Assembly (NCBI GenBank): GCA_020353515.1 | Contig: CP070695.1 | Location: 1,419,216-1,483,215, forward strand | Direction: 5' to 3' | Origin: Candidatus Heimdallarchaeota archaeon | GTDB lineage: Archaea > Asgardarchaeota > Heimdallarchaeia > Hodarchaeales > Hodarchaeaceae | DNA length: 64,000 bases | Shown here: one piece after another, positions 19,813-29,327 of the stretch | Layout of the letters: each line of letters starts with the position of its first letter | How positions within the stretch are numbered: position 1 is the stretch's first letter | The notes under the pieces: model-generated | Seen by the model: only the letters and a program-made list of their open reading frames with translations | Told to the model about the DNA's origin: nothing | Databases searched by the model: none | Made by a program: the position numbers and the translations under genes

Positions 19813-20856
19813 ATGCGTGTAATAGTTAGTGGCATCAGTGGTTCTGGCAGATCCGACGCGGTTGCTGATCTGGAGAATTATATTCAGAAGAACTACCCTA
19901 AGAAAAAAATAGTTGTAATGAACACCAATCGAATGATGTGGAAAACCGCGCAAGAGTTAAGAATGGATGTTAAACGTGAAAAAATGTTAGATCTATCCCC
20001 ACCCACTTTTCAAGCCTTAAGATCTACTGTTTTCGAACGTATTATTCGTGAGGTAGAAGAACACGAAGAAAAACATGATGAACTCGCAATTATAATTAAT
20101 ACTCATGCTACTTTTAGATGGAGAGAGCATCTATTAGCTGGTTGGGATTTCTTCTATTTAACAAAATTAAAGCCCGATCTGTTTATTACAATCATTAATA
20201 TTATTAACGATATTTATGAAACACTTGAAGCAAATTCACTTTGGAAAGGGATGAATAATCGGCTTCAATTAGGAATATGGCAAGAGGAAGAAGCCTTCAC
20301 AACAAAACTCATGGCTGAAACTTTAAAAAAGCCATTTTACATTGTTGCTCGTCGTCAACCACCTGAAACTCTTTATCGGCTAATTTTTGAGCATGAGGTA
20401 AGCGAAAAGGTTTATTTATCCTATCCAATGACACATCTCAAAGATGATTCAAAAAAAAACGAAATTGACCAACTGGCAGCAAAACTTAGAAAGTTAGGAT
20501 TCGTGGTGTTTGATCCTGGTACAATGGAATTGGAAAAAATTCACGTTGATATACCTGAAGACATACGTGTGTTTGATTTTTACCAAACAGTTTATCGCGA
20601 TTTTCAACTTATCGATCAGGGAACGATGGTAATTGTGTATTATCCTGAAATTGTACACTCAAGTGGTGTCGTCAATGAACAAGCCTATGGATTTCGTAAC
20701 AATAAGTACGTTTTTGCTGTGTTTCCTGCAGAAAACTTTAGTCCTTTCACATCATTTTTTGCTGATAAAACATTTATGTCTGTGGAAGCCCTCATACAAT
20801 TTTTACAAGAAGAATTACTTCCTTCTCGTCAATTAATAAAAGATCAAGAAAAATAG
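19813..20856 (+). CDS. Archaeal adenylate kinase-like P-loop domain fused to a nucleoside 2-deoxyribosyltransferase-like domain
   Basis: N-terminal VIVSGISGSGRS and INTHATF (archaeal AdkA-like). C-terminal KVYLSYPM...VFDP...RDFQLID...SSGVVNEQAYG (NDT/DNPH1 pattern). Confidence 0.75.
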   Translation: MRVIVSGISGSGRSDAVADLENYIQKNYPKKKIVVMNTNRMMWKTAQELRMDVKREKMLDLSPPTFQALRSTVFERIIREVEEHEEKHDELAIIINTHATFRWREHLLAGWDFFYLTKLKPDLFITIINIINDIYETLEANSLWKGMNNRLQLGIWQEEEAFTTKLMAETLKKPFYIVARRQPPETLYRLIFEHEVSEKVYLSYPMTHLKDDSKKNEIDQLAAKLRKLGFVVFDPGTMELEKIHVDIPEDIRVFDFYQTVYRDFQLIDQGTMVIVYYPEIVHSSGVVNEQAYGFRNNKYVFAVFPAENFSPFTSFFADKTFMSVEALIQFLQEELLPSRQLIKDQEK

Positions 20857-20874
20857 AAGGAATTTTCTGAAAGG

Positions 20875-22029
20875 CTACTTTTTTCTAAAGCATAGAATGC
20901 TTAACATTACCAAATTCAACAACACCAATCCAAATCCTGGTGTTTTTTTTACTTGAGTTTTTGATGATTCGTCTTCAGGAGGTATTGGGGGCATCCATGG
21001 ATTGTCAAATCCTGTGGTATCTATATTTAATGAAGCAAGGTCTTCTTCACTTAATTTAGTCATTAACCCTGAATCCACTAAGGCGGTGTACCACAGATTG
21101 GCTGTATTTATCGCTGCAAGATCAAGTCGTGCATTTATCATCTCACCAAGAATAGCCCACATGTCTTTGATTGTATCCTTTGTTCTTACCCCACTTGGTG
21201 CTAATATTTTGTCCGTTTCTAAAATGAAGGAAACATTTCCAAGACCTGTTTCAATAGAATGAAGTGTTTGATTGATTGGCGAATCTACATATACAGCAGG
21301 CTTATGAGTGAAGTTTACATCGGAAAGATACCCTGTTGTTTCATGATCTAATAATGGATATTCAATAAAAGAATGGATTCCACCTTGTCCTGTAAGTTGT
21401 CCATCATAATTAACTGTCGCGTGAAGTGGCATTGTAGCATCAGCAACATAATGGGCCAACCAACCCATATGGATTATAGTAAAATGCCAAATTGTGGAGT
21501 TTGATGGATCATTAGCAATAAGAGACATGTAATCCGTTACTTTTCTCGTGAAATTAAGGACTGCCCATTCAACTACCCCTTTCTGATACTTTTTACTTGT
21601 GCTAGAGACATTTATACTTATAAATTCGATGTCTTCAGCCGTGAATTGGGCATCTATTAAATGTGCGTTCTCTGGAAGAGATACATTATAGATAGTGCCG
21701 TCTAGTTCCTTTGTATCATGATCATCGAAATGTCGGGGGGCTTCTTCATTATATAGGTCCATTCGATAATATTTCAGGTGTTCACGATATTGATCTGGTC
21801 CATCAGCATGAATAAAAAGGAAATCAGAAGAATCTGTGAAGAATTCCTTCCAAGGAGAAGGGAGAGAAAGAATGGCTTGTTCAGTAATTGTGCCCTGACT
21901 CAGATCATCCCATTGTATCTTAGCTTGAGCTGTACTAGTTTGGCGTTCTATAATCATAGGAGTTACTGTAATAAGCACAAATAAGAAAATTAGAAAGATT
22001 CTCTTCTGTTGAGATTTTACTATTTTCAT
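20875..22029 (-). CDS. Secreted S1/P1 nuclease / zinc-dependent phospholipase C-fold protein with PGF-CTERM anchor
   Basis: Signal peptide, mature N-terminal W, GPD, RHFDD, LAHYVADATMPLHAT, IHSFIE; C-terminal TPGF-TM-RKK. Confidence 0.82.
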   Translation of the reverse strand: MKIVKSQQKRIFLIFLFVLITVTPMIIERQTSTAQAKIQWDDLSQGTITEQAILSLPSPWKEFFTDSSDFLFIHADGPDQYREHLKYYRMDLYNEEAPRHFDDHDTKELDGTIYNVSLPENAHLIDAQFTAEDIEFISINVSSTSKKYQKGVVEWAVLNFTRKVTDYMSLIANDPSNSTIWHFTIIHMGWLAHYVADATMPLHATVNYDGQLTGQGGIHSFIEYPLLDHETTGYLSDVNFTHKPAVYVDSPINQTLHSIETGLGNVSFILETDKILAPSGVRTKDTIKDMWAILGEMINARLDLAAINTANLWYTALVDSGLMTKLSEEDLASLNIDTTGFDNPWMPPIPPEDESSKTQVKKTPGFGLVLLNLVMLSILCFRKK

Positions 22030-22181
22030 TTAATCGCACACTCAGTGATTAACTCAAACTTCATGAACTGAATAAAACCAAATAAGTAGAAAAATATTTT
22101 GTTGAATTAACTGGATTTTGTTTTCAAAATGCGTATTCACAATGTGATACTTGTTGTTTATTAGCTTTAACAACTAGCAAA

Positions 22182-22320
22182 ATTAATAAAGATGAATAAT
22201 GTTGGTTTTAATGGCCCTCTATGTGTATATATAGGATTATATATACGATCTATCTAAAGGGTTCGATCAAAAGATAAAACCAAGCTGAAGAAGAAACTTT
22301 ATCTGTTTCCTGAAATAGCA
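22182..22320 (+). promoter_or_regulatory. TATA-like promoter and structured leader (copy A of repeated motif)
   Basis: ATTAATAAAGAT at 22182; perfect hairpin GTATATATA-GGAT-TATATATAC (22225-22246); AAGGGTTCGATCA (22257) and AGAAGAAA (22289) shared with the leader at 23451-23540. Confidence 0.45.
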
Positions 22321-22353
22321 GAAAAGGATCCATTCATTAAATGGTGAAATAAA

Positions 22354-23337
22354 TTGAAAAGAGGATATGAAAGAATATTTTTAATTTTAGTTTTTACACT
22401 TTGTTTGGTCGCTGCTGCTTCTATTAATGTAGCAGCCGATAAAGTGTCAAACCCAGAAATTTTGATCCACAACGGGTCAGGAGCTTACCATAGAACAGGT
22501 AATATTACTGACACAGCAGAAGATTGGGGTTATGAAGTAACTGAAGTCAAGAGTGTGAACGACTCCATTCTTAAAGGTGTAGACATTCTAATCCTGAATG
22601 CCAATGATCTCCTTTATACCAATGAATCAGGTTGGATCAAAGACTGGTGGGACGATGGATATTCCAAAACAGTCTGGGTCGCTGGTGATAGTGACTATGG
22701 TGGTTACTTCAAGTATGGCCCCTTAAACGAACTTCTTGTTAATCTAGGTGGCCATATGATTCTCCAAGATGATGCCATTAGTGATCCTGAGAGTAATGAT
22801 GAGGCAGCATATCGTGTTATATCAAATGTTACCAATTCTGAGTATAATGACAATCTGACTAAGGGTGTCAGCCTAGTTGTCACACACAGTCCTTGCCCTG
22901 TTGCCCCCTATGATGGTGGAGTCAATGGCAAAGGAGATTTTGTCACTTGGGATTCATTAGCAACCGCTGATTGGCTTCTGAATAGTTCTCCCGCAGCACA
23001 AATTCTCGATCAGGACTTTGACGACGATAATATATGGGAAGGCTACCCACCATTATCTAATGGGTCTGTGACCACTCTTGGAATCGAGTGGGGCTTAGGA
23101 TCCGAAAAATTGTCCAAATTAATTGTTTCAGGTGAAGCAATCTATTCTGATGGGGAAGCAATGTTTGCAGATAAATCAGAAAATGCAAAGATTGACATTG
23201 ACACCATTAAGTTCGTAAAAGCCCTCCTAGAATGGGGAACTCCTGAGGCAGCTCCAGGAGCCGTTCCTGGGTTTACTGTCGTGCCTTTCTTCCTTGCTTT
23301 AGGAATTGTTGTAGTCATTGTCAAAAAACGCCGGTAA
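22354..23337 (+). CDS. Cell-surface GIFT/DUF4350-like (class I glutamine amidotransferase-like fold) protein with PGF-CTERM
   Basis: Signal peptide; ILKGVDILIL, VWVAGDSDY, LIVSGE pattern; VPGF-TM-KKRR. Confidence 0.65.
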   Translation: MKRGYERIFLILVFTLCLVAAASINVAADKVSNPEILIHNGSGAYHRTGNITDTAEDWGYEVTEVKSVNDSILKGVDILILNANDLLYTNESGWIKDWWDDGYSKTVWVAGDSDYGGYFKYGPLNELLVNLGGHMILQDDAISDPESNDEAAYRVISNVTNSEYNDNLTKGVSLVVTHSPCPVAPYDGGVNGKGDFVTWDSLATADWLLNSSPAAQILDQDFDDDNIWEGYPPLSNGSVTTLGIEWGLGSEKLSKLIVSGEAIYSDGEAMFADKSENAKIDIDTIKFVKALLEWGTPEAAPGAVPGFTVVPFFLALGIVVVIVKKRR

Positions 23338-23343
23338 ACAACT

Positions 23344-23363
23344 TTCCCTCTCTCTTTTTTTTT
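23344..23363 (+). terminator. Oligo-pyrimidine/T-tract terminator
   Basis: TTCCCTCTCTCTTTTTTTTT just after the stop codon; archaeal T-tract termination. Confidence 0.5.
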
Positions 23364-23450
23364 AAGATGAAAGATAATTGAATTATGTTCAAGATAATAT
23401 AGTTCACTTAAGGTTCTCTTTCTGAATTTCAGTTGTGAAGAAATAGACAG

Positions 23451-23540
23451 ATTAATAAAGATTCTTCCTGTACAACTCTACTAAGGGTTCAATCAGTTGA
23501 ATTCATTCGTCAGAGAAGAAATTCTTGATTAAAGAGTAGA
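23451..23540 (+). promoter_or_regulatory. TATA-like promoter and structured leader (copy B of repeated motif)
   Basis: ATTAATAAAGAT at 23451; nested stems TCTACT/AGTAGA, AATCA/TGATT, GAATT/AATTC enclosing AAGGGTTC and AGAAGAAA. Confidence 0.5.
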
Positions 23541-23579
23541 TAAATCAAATAAAGCTTCAAATAATGGAGGCTTATGTAA

Positions 23580-24656
23580 ATGGTCGAAGTTCGTTTAGAA
23601 AATGTGACAAAGAAATTTGGTGATGTTGTCGCGGTAGATGATGTGTCTTTTGAGGTACGTGAAGGCGAAATTTTAACCTTACTTGGTCCATCGGGGTGTG
23701 GAAAATCATCCACCTTACGTACTGTCGCAGGGTTTTATTATCCTGATTCAGGAACCATATACTTTGGTGAGAAAGATGTCACAAATCTTCCTCCACAGGA
23801 TAGAAATACTGCCATGGTTTTTCAAAATTATGCTTTATGGCCTCATATGTCTGTACGTAATAACGTCACCTATGGGTTAAAATTAAGAGACGTTTCCAAA
23901 GAAAACCAGAATAAACGCGCAAAAGAAGCGCTAAAAATGGTACAAATGGAAAAATTCATCGATAGAATGCCAAATAAACTATCAGGGGGTCAACAACAGA
24001 GAGTTGCTGTAGCTCGATGTTTAGTGGTTAACCCAGATGTATTGTTGATGGATGAACCTTTATCAAATCTTGATGCTAAATTACGAATTGAAACACGCAG
24101 AGATATTCGAGATTTAGTGAAAGATTTAACATTAACTGCTATTTATGTAACTCATGACCAAGAAGAGGCTTTAAGCATCTCTGATTACATTATCGTCATG
24201 GATGAGGGCAGAATAAGACAAAGAGGAAGACCCCGAGAAATATGGGAACGTCCATCAAACTGTTTTGTAGGTACATTTATAGGTGAGGCAAATTTATTGA
24301 GCTTTACAGTTCAATCCGTTACAAACGGTACAGGCATACTGAACATTACTGATACTGATCGTGTTTTAAAAACAAAATACGGTGTCGAATTGGAAGAAGG
24401 AGGGGAAGCAAGAATAGTATTACGACCAAATAGATTCAAAATTGAATTAGAGGAAGATAAGAGTGCCAATCAGATTCCTGCGAATGTTAGAGCATTGATG
24501 TATCTTGGAACATATGAAAGGATTACAGCAAGATTGGACAATGGTAGCGATGTAATTATCTATAATGATGAAGGTATTCCTTTGGAAGTAGGCCAAGATA
24601 TCTTCTTAAGGGTGAAACCTGAAGATGTTTTTGCATTTGGCCCAAAAGCATATTAA
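23580..24656 (+). CDS. ABC transporter ATP-binding protein (PotA/FbpC/AfuC family)
   Basis: GPSGCGKS, VFQNYALWPH, LSGGQQQRV, LLMDEPLSNLD, YVTHDQEEA, C-terminal TOBE domain. Confidence 0.96.
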   Translation: MVEVRLENVTKKFGDVVAVDDVSFEVREGEILTLLGPSGCGKSSTLRTVAGFYYPDSGTIYFGEKDVTNLPPQDRNTAMVFQNYALWPHMSVRNNVTYGLKLRDVSKENQNKRAKEALKMVQMEKFIDRMPNKLSGGQQQRVAVARCLVVNPDVLLMDEPLSNLDAKLRIETRRDIRDLVKDLTLTAIYVTHDQEEALSISDYIIVMDEGRIRQRGRPREIWERPSNCFVGTFIGEANLLSFTVQSVTNGTGILNITDTDRVLKTKYGVELEEGGEARIVLRPNRFKIELEEDKSANQIPANVRALMYLGTYERITARLDNGSDVIIYNDEGIPLEVGQDIFLRVKPEDVFAFGPKAY

Positions 24657-24691
24657 ATTAGTAGTTACAATATATTTAAGGAGATGAAAAA

Positions 24692-26818
24692 ATGAAACAA
24701 AGTCAAAAAAGAGTTATTTTAATTATAAGCGCAATCTTCGCAGCTTATTTACTCGGAGCTGTTGGTAATATCAGCTCTGTGATTGGAACGGTTAAAAAAC
24801 CACAAGCGACATTATTTGCCGTTACAAGACACGACTTCACAATTTATGACAAGTATGAAACCCGTTTTAAGGAACTTTATCCAGAATGTGGGGATATCCA
24901 ATGGTTAGAGCTTGCTGATGTGGCTGCTTGGAGATCAGCAATCCAAAGCCCCAATTACAATATTGATATCTTATGGGGTGGTGGTCCGACATTCTTCAAC
25001 GTTTTGGCTGATGAGGATTTAATCCTACCGATTCAAGATGCAACTCTTACATCATATCTTGATGATAATGTTCCTGAGGAAATGGCTGGCGCTGAAATGA
25101 GCCGAAAAGAGGGTGGTGAATATCTATGGGTAGCTGCCGCAATTTCGTCATTTGGTTTTACCGTAAATCATAAGAACTTGGAAACTTATGGCTTGGAAGT
25201 TCCTAGAAGCTGGGAGGAGCTTGCCTCTCCTGAATACTTCCTGGGGACGACACAACATGCTATAGGTATGGGTGATGCTCCAGAAACAACCTCCAATACT
25301 AGAATATATCAGATTATCCTGCAGAAGTTCGGTTGGGAAGCAGGATGGGATATTCTAACACGAATGCACGGAAATTCGAAGATTTTTGAAGCTGGTTCGG
25401 GAGCAACTAGAGACTCCGTAGTCACAGGTGAACAAGCAGTTGCGATGACCATTGATTTTTATGGATATCAAGCACAAGTTCAGAATAAGGACTGCGAATA
25501 TATTCTTCCTGAAAATGAGACCTATATAAACGCAGATCCTATTGCGGTGGCATCATCTACTGCAAATCGGGATTTAACTGAAAAATTTGTTGAATTCGTA
25601 ATGTCAGATCAAGGTCAAGCTATGTGGCTAGATGATACGATTAATCGTATTCCCATTCTATATGATGCGTTCGAATATGCTGAAACTAACTTCGACAACG
25701 AACGTCCAGATCTAGAATCAGTATTTCTTAACCTCAACACTTCTGCTCAGACTATTGACTTTAGTGAGGATATTGCCCTTTCAATTTTTGATGCAATGCG
25801 ATTCCACTGCCATGGCGCATATACAAAGTCCCAAGAGTATTTATACGATACTTGGGGCGACCTCGTAGACCAGTATCGGAAAGGAAGGATTTCTGAAGCG
25901 GAATTCCGTTCACTTTCTCGTGAAATGAGTGATCCGCCAGTAACATTAAAGGAAATGCAACAAAAAGAGTCAGATTATGTTGCTGATCCAAATCTTAGAG
26001 ACAAAATTATCAATGATTTCAAGAGTGCAGCGCTCGAACGATATGCTGCTGTCAAAGAAAAGATCGTAGAAGAGGTTAATGACTTTGATGATAAAGGGTC
26101 ATACTTTGATGAGTATGAAGTTGAAATAACAAGCCCAACAGAAGATTCTACTGTAAGTGGTACTACTACAATTAAAGCAAATGCTGTAGAATACGGTGAC
26201 TGGTCCTTTGTTTACGGAATTTCTAGTATGGCTTTTTATGTAAACGATGAGCTTCTTGAGAATGTGACTTCAAAACCATTTGAAGCTTCTTGGGATACAA
26301 CTGGAGCAGCATCAGGGTCACACATCGTCAGAGTAGTTGCCAAAGAGTACACAGGAAGACTCACAACTGATGTAATCCAAGTAAATATTGGTACCTCTTC
26401 TTCATTCCCTCTCTTGAATATCACTGCTCCTGCAGATGATAAAGTCTTTGACAATGCGACATCTATCTCAATTGATGTAACTGCAGAACAGGCTGGTGAT
26501 TTTCAAATAGATAGTGTTGTAATAGAAATTGTTGGTTCAAGTGGCCAGGCTTTATACAAGAAGGTCACAACAGGATTTAGTGATATCAGCGTTTCGTGGG
26601 ACATTACCAAAAGCCTCAGTGGTAATTACACAATTTTCGCAGTTGCATTTTATGAAAACGGTAATGCGCAATATAAATCTGTAAAAATACTTATTCAGAG
26701 ACCAATAGAGGATAAGAAGGATGAAGCCGGACCTGGTTTCGACTTTATAAGTGTAACACTAGGAATTGCCGCATTACTTGGGATATCTATATTCCTAAAT
26801 CGAAGAAAGAGAAGATAA
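24692..26818 (+). CDS. ABC substrate-binding protein (AfuA/FbpA/PgtC-like) with two Ig-like domains and PGF-CTERM
   Basis: TRHD, DILWGGG, PRSWEELASP, TIDFYG, FVEFVMSDQGQ; Ig-like repeats (ITSPT...WDTT...GSHIVRVVA; ITAP...WDIT...GNYTIFAVA); GPGF-TM-RRKRR. Confidence 0.88.
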   Translation: MKQSQKRVILIISAIFAAYLLGAVGNISSVIGTVKKPQATLFAVTRHDFTIYDKYETRFKELYPECGDIQWLELADVAAWRSAIQSPNYNIDILWGGGPTFFNVLADEDLILPIQDATLTSYLDDNVPEEMAGAEMSRKEGGEYLWVAAAISSFGFTVNHKNLETYGLEVPRSWEELASPEYFLGTTQHAIGMGDAPETTSNTRIYQIILQKFGWEAGWDILTRMHGNSKIFEAGSGATRDSVVTGEQAVAMTIDFYGYQAQVQNKDCEYILPENETYINADPIAVASSTANRDLTEKFVEFVMSDQGQAMWLDDTINRIPILYDAFEYAETNFDNERPDLESVFLNLNTSAQTIDFSEDIALSIFDAMRFHCHGAYTKSQEYLYDTWGDLVDQYRKGRISEAEFRSLSREMSDPPVTLKEMQQKESDYVADPNLRDKIINDFKSAALERYAAVKEKIVEEVNDFDDKGSYFDEYEVEITSPTEDSTVSGTTTIKANAVEYGDWSFVYGISSMAFYVNDELLENVTSKPFEASWDTTGAASGSHIVRVVAKEYTGRLTTDVIQVNIGTSSSFPLLNITAPADDKVFDNATSISIDVTAEQAGDFQIDSVVIEIVGSSGQALYKKVTTGFSDISVSWDITKSLSGNYTIFAVAFYENGNAQYKSVKILIQRPIEDKKDEAGPGFDFISVTLGIAALLGISIFLNRRKRR

Positions 26819-26882
26819 TTCTCCTTTTTCATCTTTTTTTCCAGAAAAAAGAAAGCAAATAAAAAACAAGGAGACTGTTCAA

Positions 26883-29216
26883 GTGGGATTTTCATTAGAA
26901 TCGATTTCTAAAAACATCCAAAAACTAAGATTTGAACTGGGTAGAGGCCCTTCATTATTCATAACGTTTATATTCATATTTTTTGGTTTTTTCCTCATCA
27001 TTCCGATTTTTACAATAATGTTTTGGTCTTTTACAAGCTCTGGGGATGTTCTTTCTGATCTAGCAGGATTTTTTAGTTATGTTTTAGGTCAAAATCCCAC
27101 AGATTATCTCTTCAAACCCTTTTTTGACATTTTTTTGGACGAAAGTATTTGGGGGGGTAGTTTTAGTACTAGAGTAGCTTTTGAAGACAAATCAGCCATT
27201 TCAGCTTTATGGTTATGGAGTTTTTTGGGAATTATCATATTTCTATTTGTTTACTATCGCTATATTCGACCAAGGGCACAAACTCAAGATAGCTTCCTCG
27301 GAAAATATCTTGGATGGCTCATATGGGGCTCACTCATTATCGCATTGGCTGGGTTCATTTATTATTTTTGGACTGAACTTAAAATGGTATTTGATGAACC
27401 GATTCCAGGTGGAGGAACAAAAATAATCATTCAGGGCCCCAATATGGGAGCTTTACTCAATAGTCTTATAATAGCGCTTGCTACAACCGTTTTATCAACT
27501 ATATTTGGTATTTTTTTTGCTTTTATTATGGCACGATATACCTTCCCAGCTAAAGATTTCTTCAGACCATTTCTCCTTCTCCCACTAATAATTCCACCAT
27601 TTGTATCAATCATTGGATTTCATCGAATCATGGGTGAAACTGGCATCCTTAACGTTCTTCTATACGATCTGTTTAACACACGAATAGTGTTAGGCGGATC
27701 AGTTGGAATTGTGTTTGTACAATTCCTACATTTTTATACTCTCGTTTATTTGAACGTTTACAGTTCATTAGTAAATATTGATCCAAGTCTTGAAGAATCT
27801 GCGGAAAATTTGGGTGCGAAAGGATTTAAACTAACCCGCTCTATCACACTTCCTTTAGCAATGCCAGGTTTAGCTGCTGGTTCAATTTTAGCATTTATTT
27901 TAGCTATTGAAGATCTTGGAACACCATTGATTTTTAGTACATTACAGACTGGTGATAAATTTGAATATATGCCAACTTTAATTTTTCATAACCTCATAAA
28001 TTTAACCCCAAGAGCAGATTTGGGATATACAGTCATTGGAAAATATGCAGCTTTATCAGCGATCCTAGTTGTTGTTGCTGTTCTTGGATTTATTATTATC
28101 AGACGATTCGTTTCCTTAAGACATTTTGCAATGATCTCTAAAGGAAGAGTAGGAGAACCAAGAACATCACCAGCCAGTAAAACATTAGCAATAATCATTA
28201 TCGTTGTTTTGGCAGTATTTTTACCTATTGCACTAATACCTCACATTGGAACAATGATCTATGGTCTGGGAGAGGACGGGTTCCTAATTTTCTTATTCCT
28301 TAGCGCTATCATTGTTGTTAACATTGCCATTTTCTACTATCTAATAAAGAATCGCCATGGATCTGAACGAATTCCTGGTATTCTTCTTCTTTTAGTCGGA
28401 ATAATCGTCTTTATTTTAAGTGGGATAGTATCTGGACTGAGTTATGTTGCAGAGACTCAACCTGGATTTAGAACATTTCTTGCGTATTTCGGTATTGGGG
28501 AGGTTCCAAGTCAAGCAGAGGCTTTTAGAGAGGGGATATTGACGTCTCTCTGGAATATGTTTCTGTATTCTTTCATTGCAACTCTTATAATCGTTACTCT
28601 TGCCACGGTAACAGCGTATCTCCTAGCAAGGAAGAATTTTCCGGGCAAAGAGCTCCTTGATACCATTGTGACACTTCCCCTAGCCATTCCAGGGATCATC
28701 ATTGGTTTTGGCTATTTTATAATGTTCTACAATCAACCTATTCCACTTCTTGAAGATTGGTTTAATCCTGCTTTCAATCCAGTACCCCTCTTAATAATAG
28801 GTTATACTGTAAGGAAATTTACATTCACAATTCGAGCAGCATTTGCTGGTATGCAACAAGTTGATGTCCAATTAGAAGAAGCTTCTTTCAATCTTGGAGC
28901 AAGTCGCCTTAAAACACTTAGAAGTGTAACAGTACCTATGATAGCAATCAGTGTTTTCGCTGGAGGATTAATTTCTCTGGTCTATTGCATGTCTGAAGTC
29001 TCAACGACAATAATCCTCTTAGATTACACTTTTGATAAAAGCAAATTTGGCACAGCTACATGGAAAATCTGGGATATTTATGGTGATCCCCTTCCTCAGT
29101 TTGGGTATCCAATGGCAGCGGTTCTAGGTATTATCTTAATGTTTATTCAAGCAGCTTCAATATTTATTACGAATGTAATACTGAAAAGTCGGTCTGAAGC
29201 ATTAACAGGTATCTAG
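26883..29216 (+). CDS. ABC transporter permease with two fused TM domains (FbpB/AfuB family)
   Basis: Two EAA loops (LEESAENLGA, LEEASFNLGAS), PLIIPPFV, PLAIPGII. Confidence 0.93.
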   Translation: MGFSLESISKNIQKLRFELGRGPSLFITFIFIFFGFFLIIPIFTIMFWSFTSSGDVLSDLAGFFSYVLGQNPTDYLFKPFFDIFLDESIWGGSFSTRVAFEDKSAISALWLWSFLGIIIFLFVYYRYIRPRAQTQDSFLGKYLGWLIWGSLIIALAGFIYYFWTELKMVFDEPIPGGGTKIIIQGPNMGALLNSLIIALATTVLSTIFGIFFAFIMARYTFPAKDFFRPFLLLPLIIPPFVSIIGFHRIMGETGILNVLLYDLFNTRIVLGGSVGIVFVQFLHFYTLVYLNVYSSLVNIDPSLEESAENLGAKGFKLTRSITLPLAMPGLAAGSILAFILAIEDLGTPLIFSTLQTGDKFEYMPTLIFHNLINLTPRADLGYTVIGKYAALSAILVVVAVLGFIIIRRFVSLRHFAMISKGRVGEPRTSPASKTLAIIIIVVLAVFLPIALIPHIGTMIYGLGEDGFLIFLFLSAIIVVNIAIFYYLIKNRHGSERIPGILLLLVGIIVFILSGIVSGLSYVAETQPGFRTFLAYFGIGEVPSQAEAFREGILTSLWNMFLYSFIATLIIVTLATVTAYLLARKNFPGKELLDTIVTLPLAIPGIIIGFGYFIMFYNQPIPLLEDWFNPAFNPVPLLIIGYTVRKFTFTIRAAFAGMQQVDVQLEEASFNLGASRLKTLRSVTVPMIAISVFAGGLISLVYCMSEVSTTIILLDYTFDKSKFGTATWKIWDIYGDPLPQFGYPMAAVLGIILMFIQAASIFITNVILKSRSEALTGI

Positions 29217-29327
29217 CTTGGAACTACGTATAAGATAAGGGCTATTGCAATCTTAGAGAAACTCAAATATGCATAGCTCTGACTGTTAACCAACCAACTA
29301 TAGCAATTTATTTGTGAGGAAAATAAA

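Noticed and set aside
22200-23540. Known riboswitch (TPP, cobalamin, ykkC/guanidine, T-box) in the transporter leaders
   Set aside because: Only partial word matches (AGGGUUC, GCUGA); the required consensus cores are absent.
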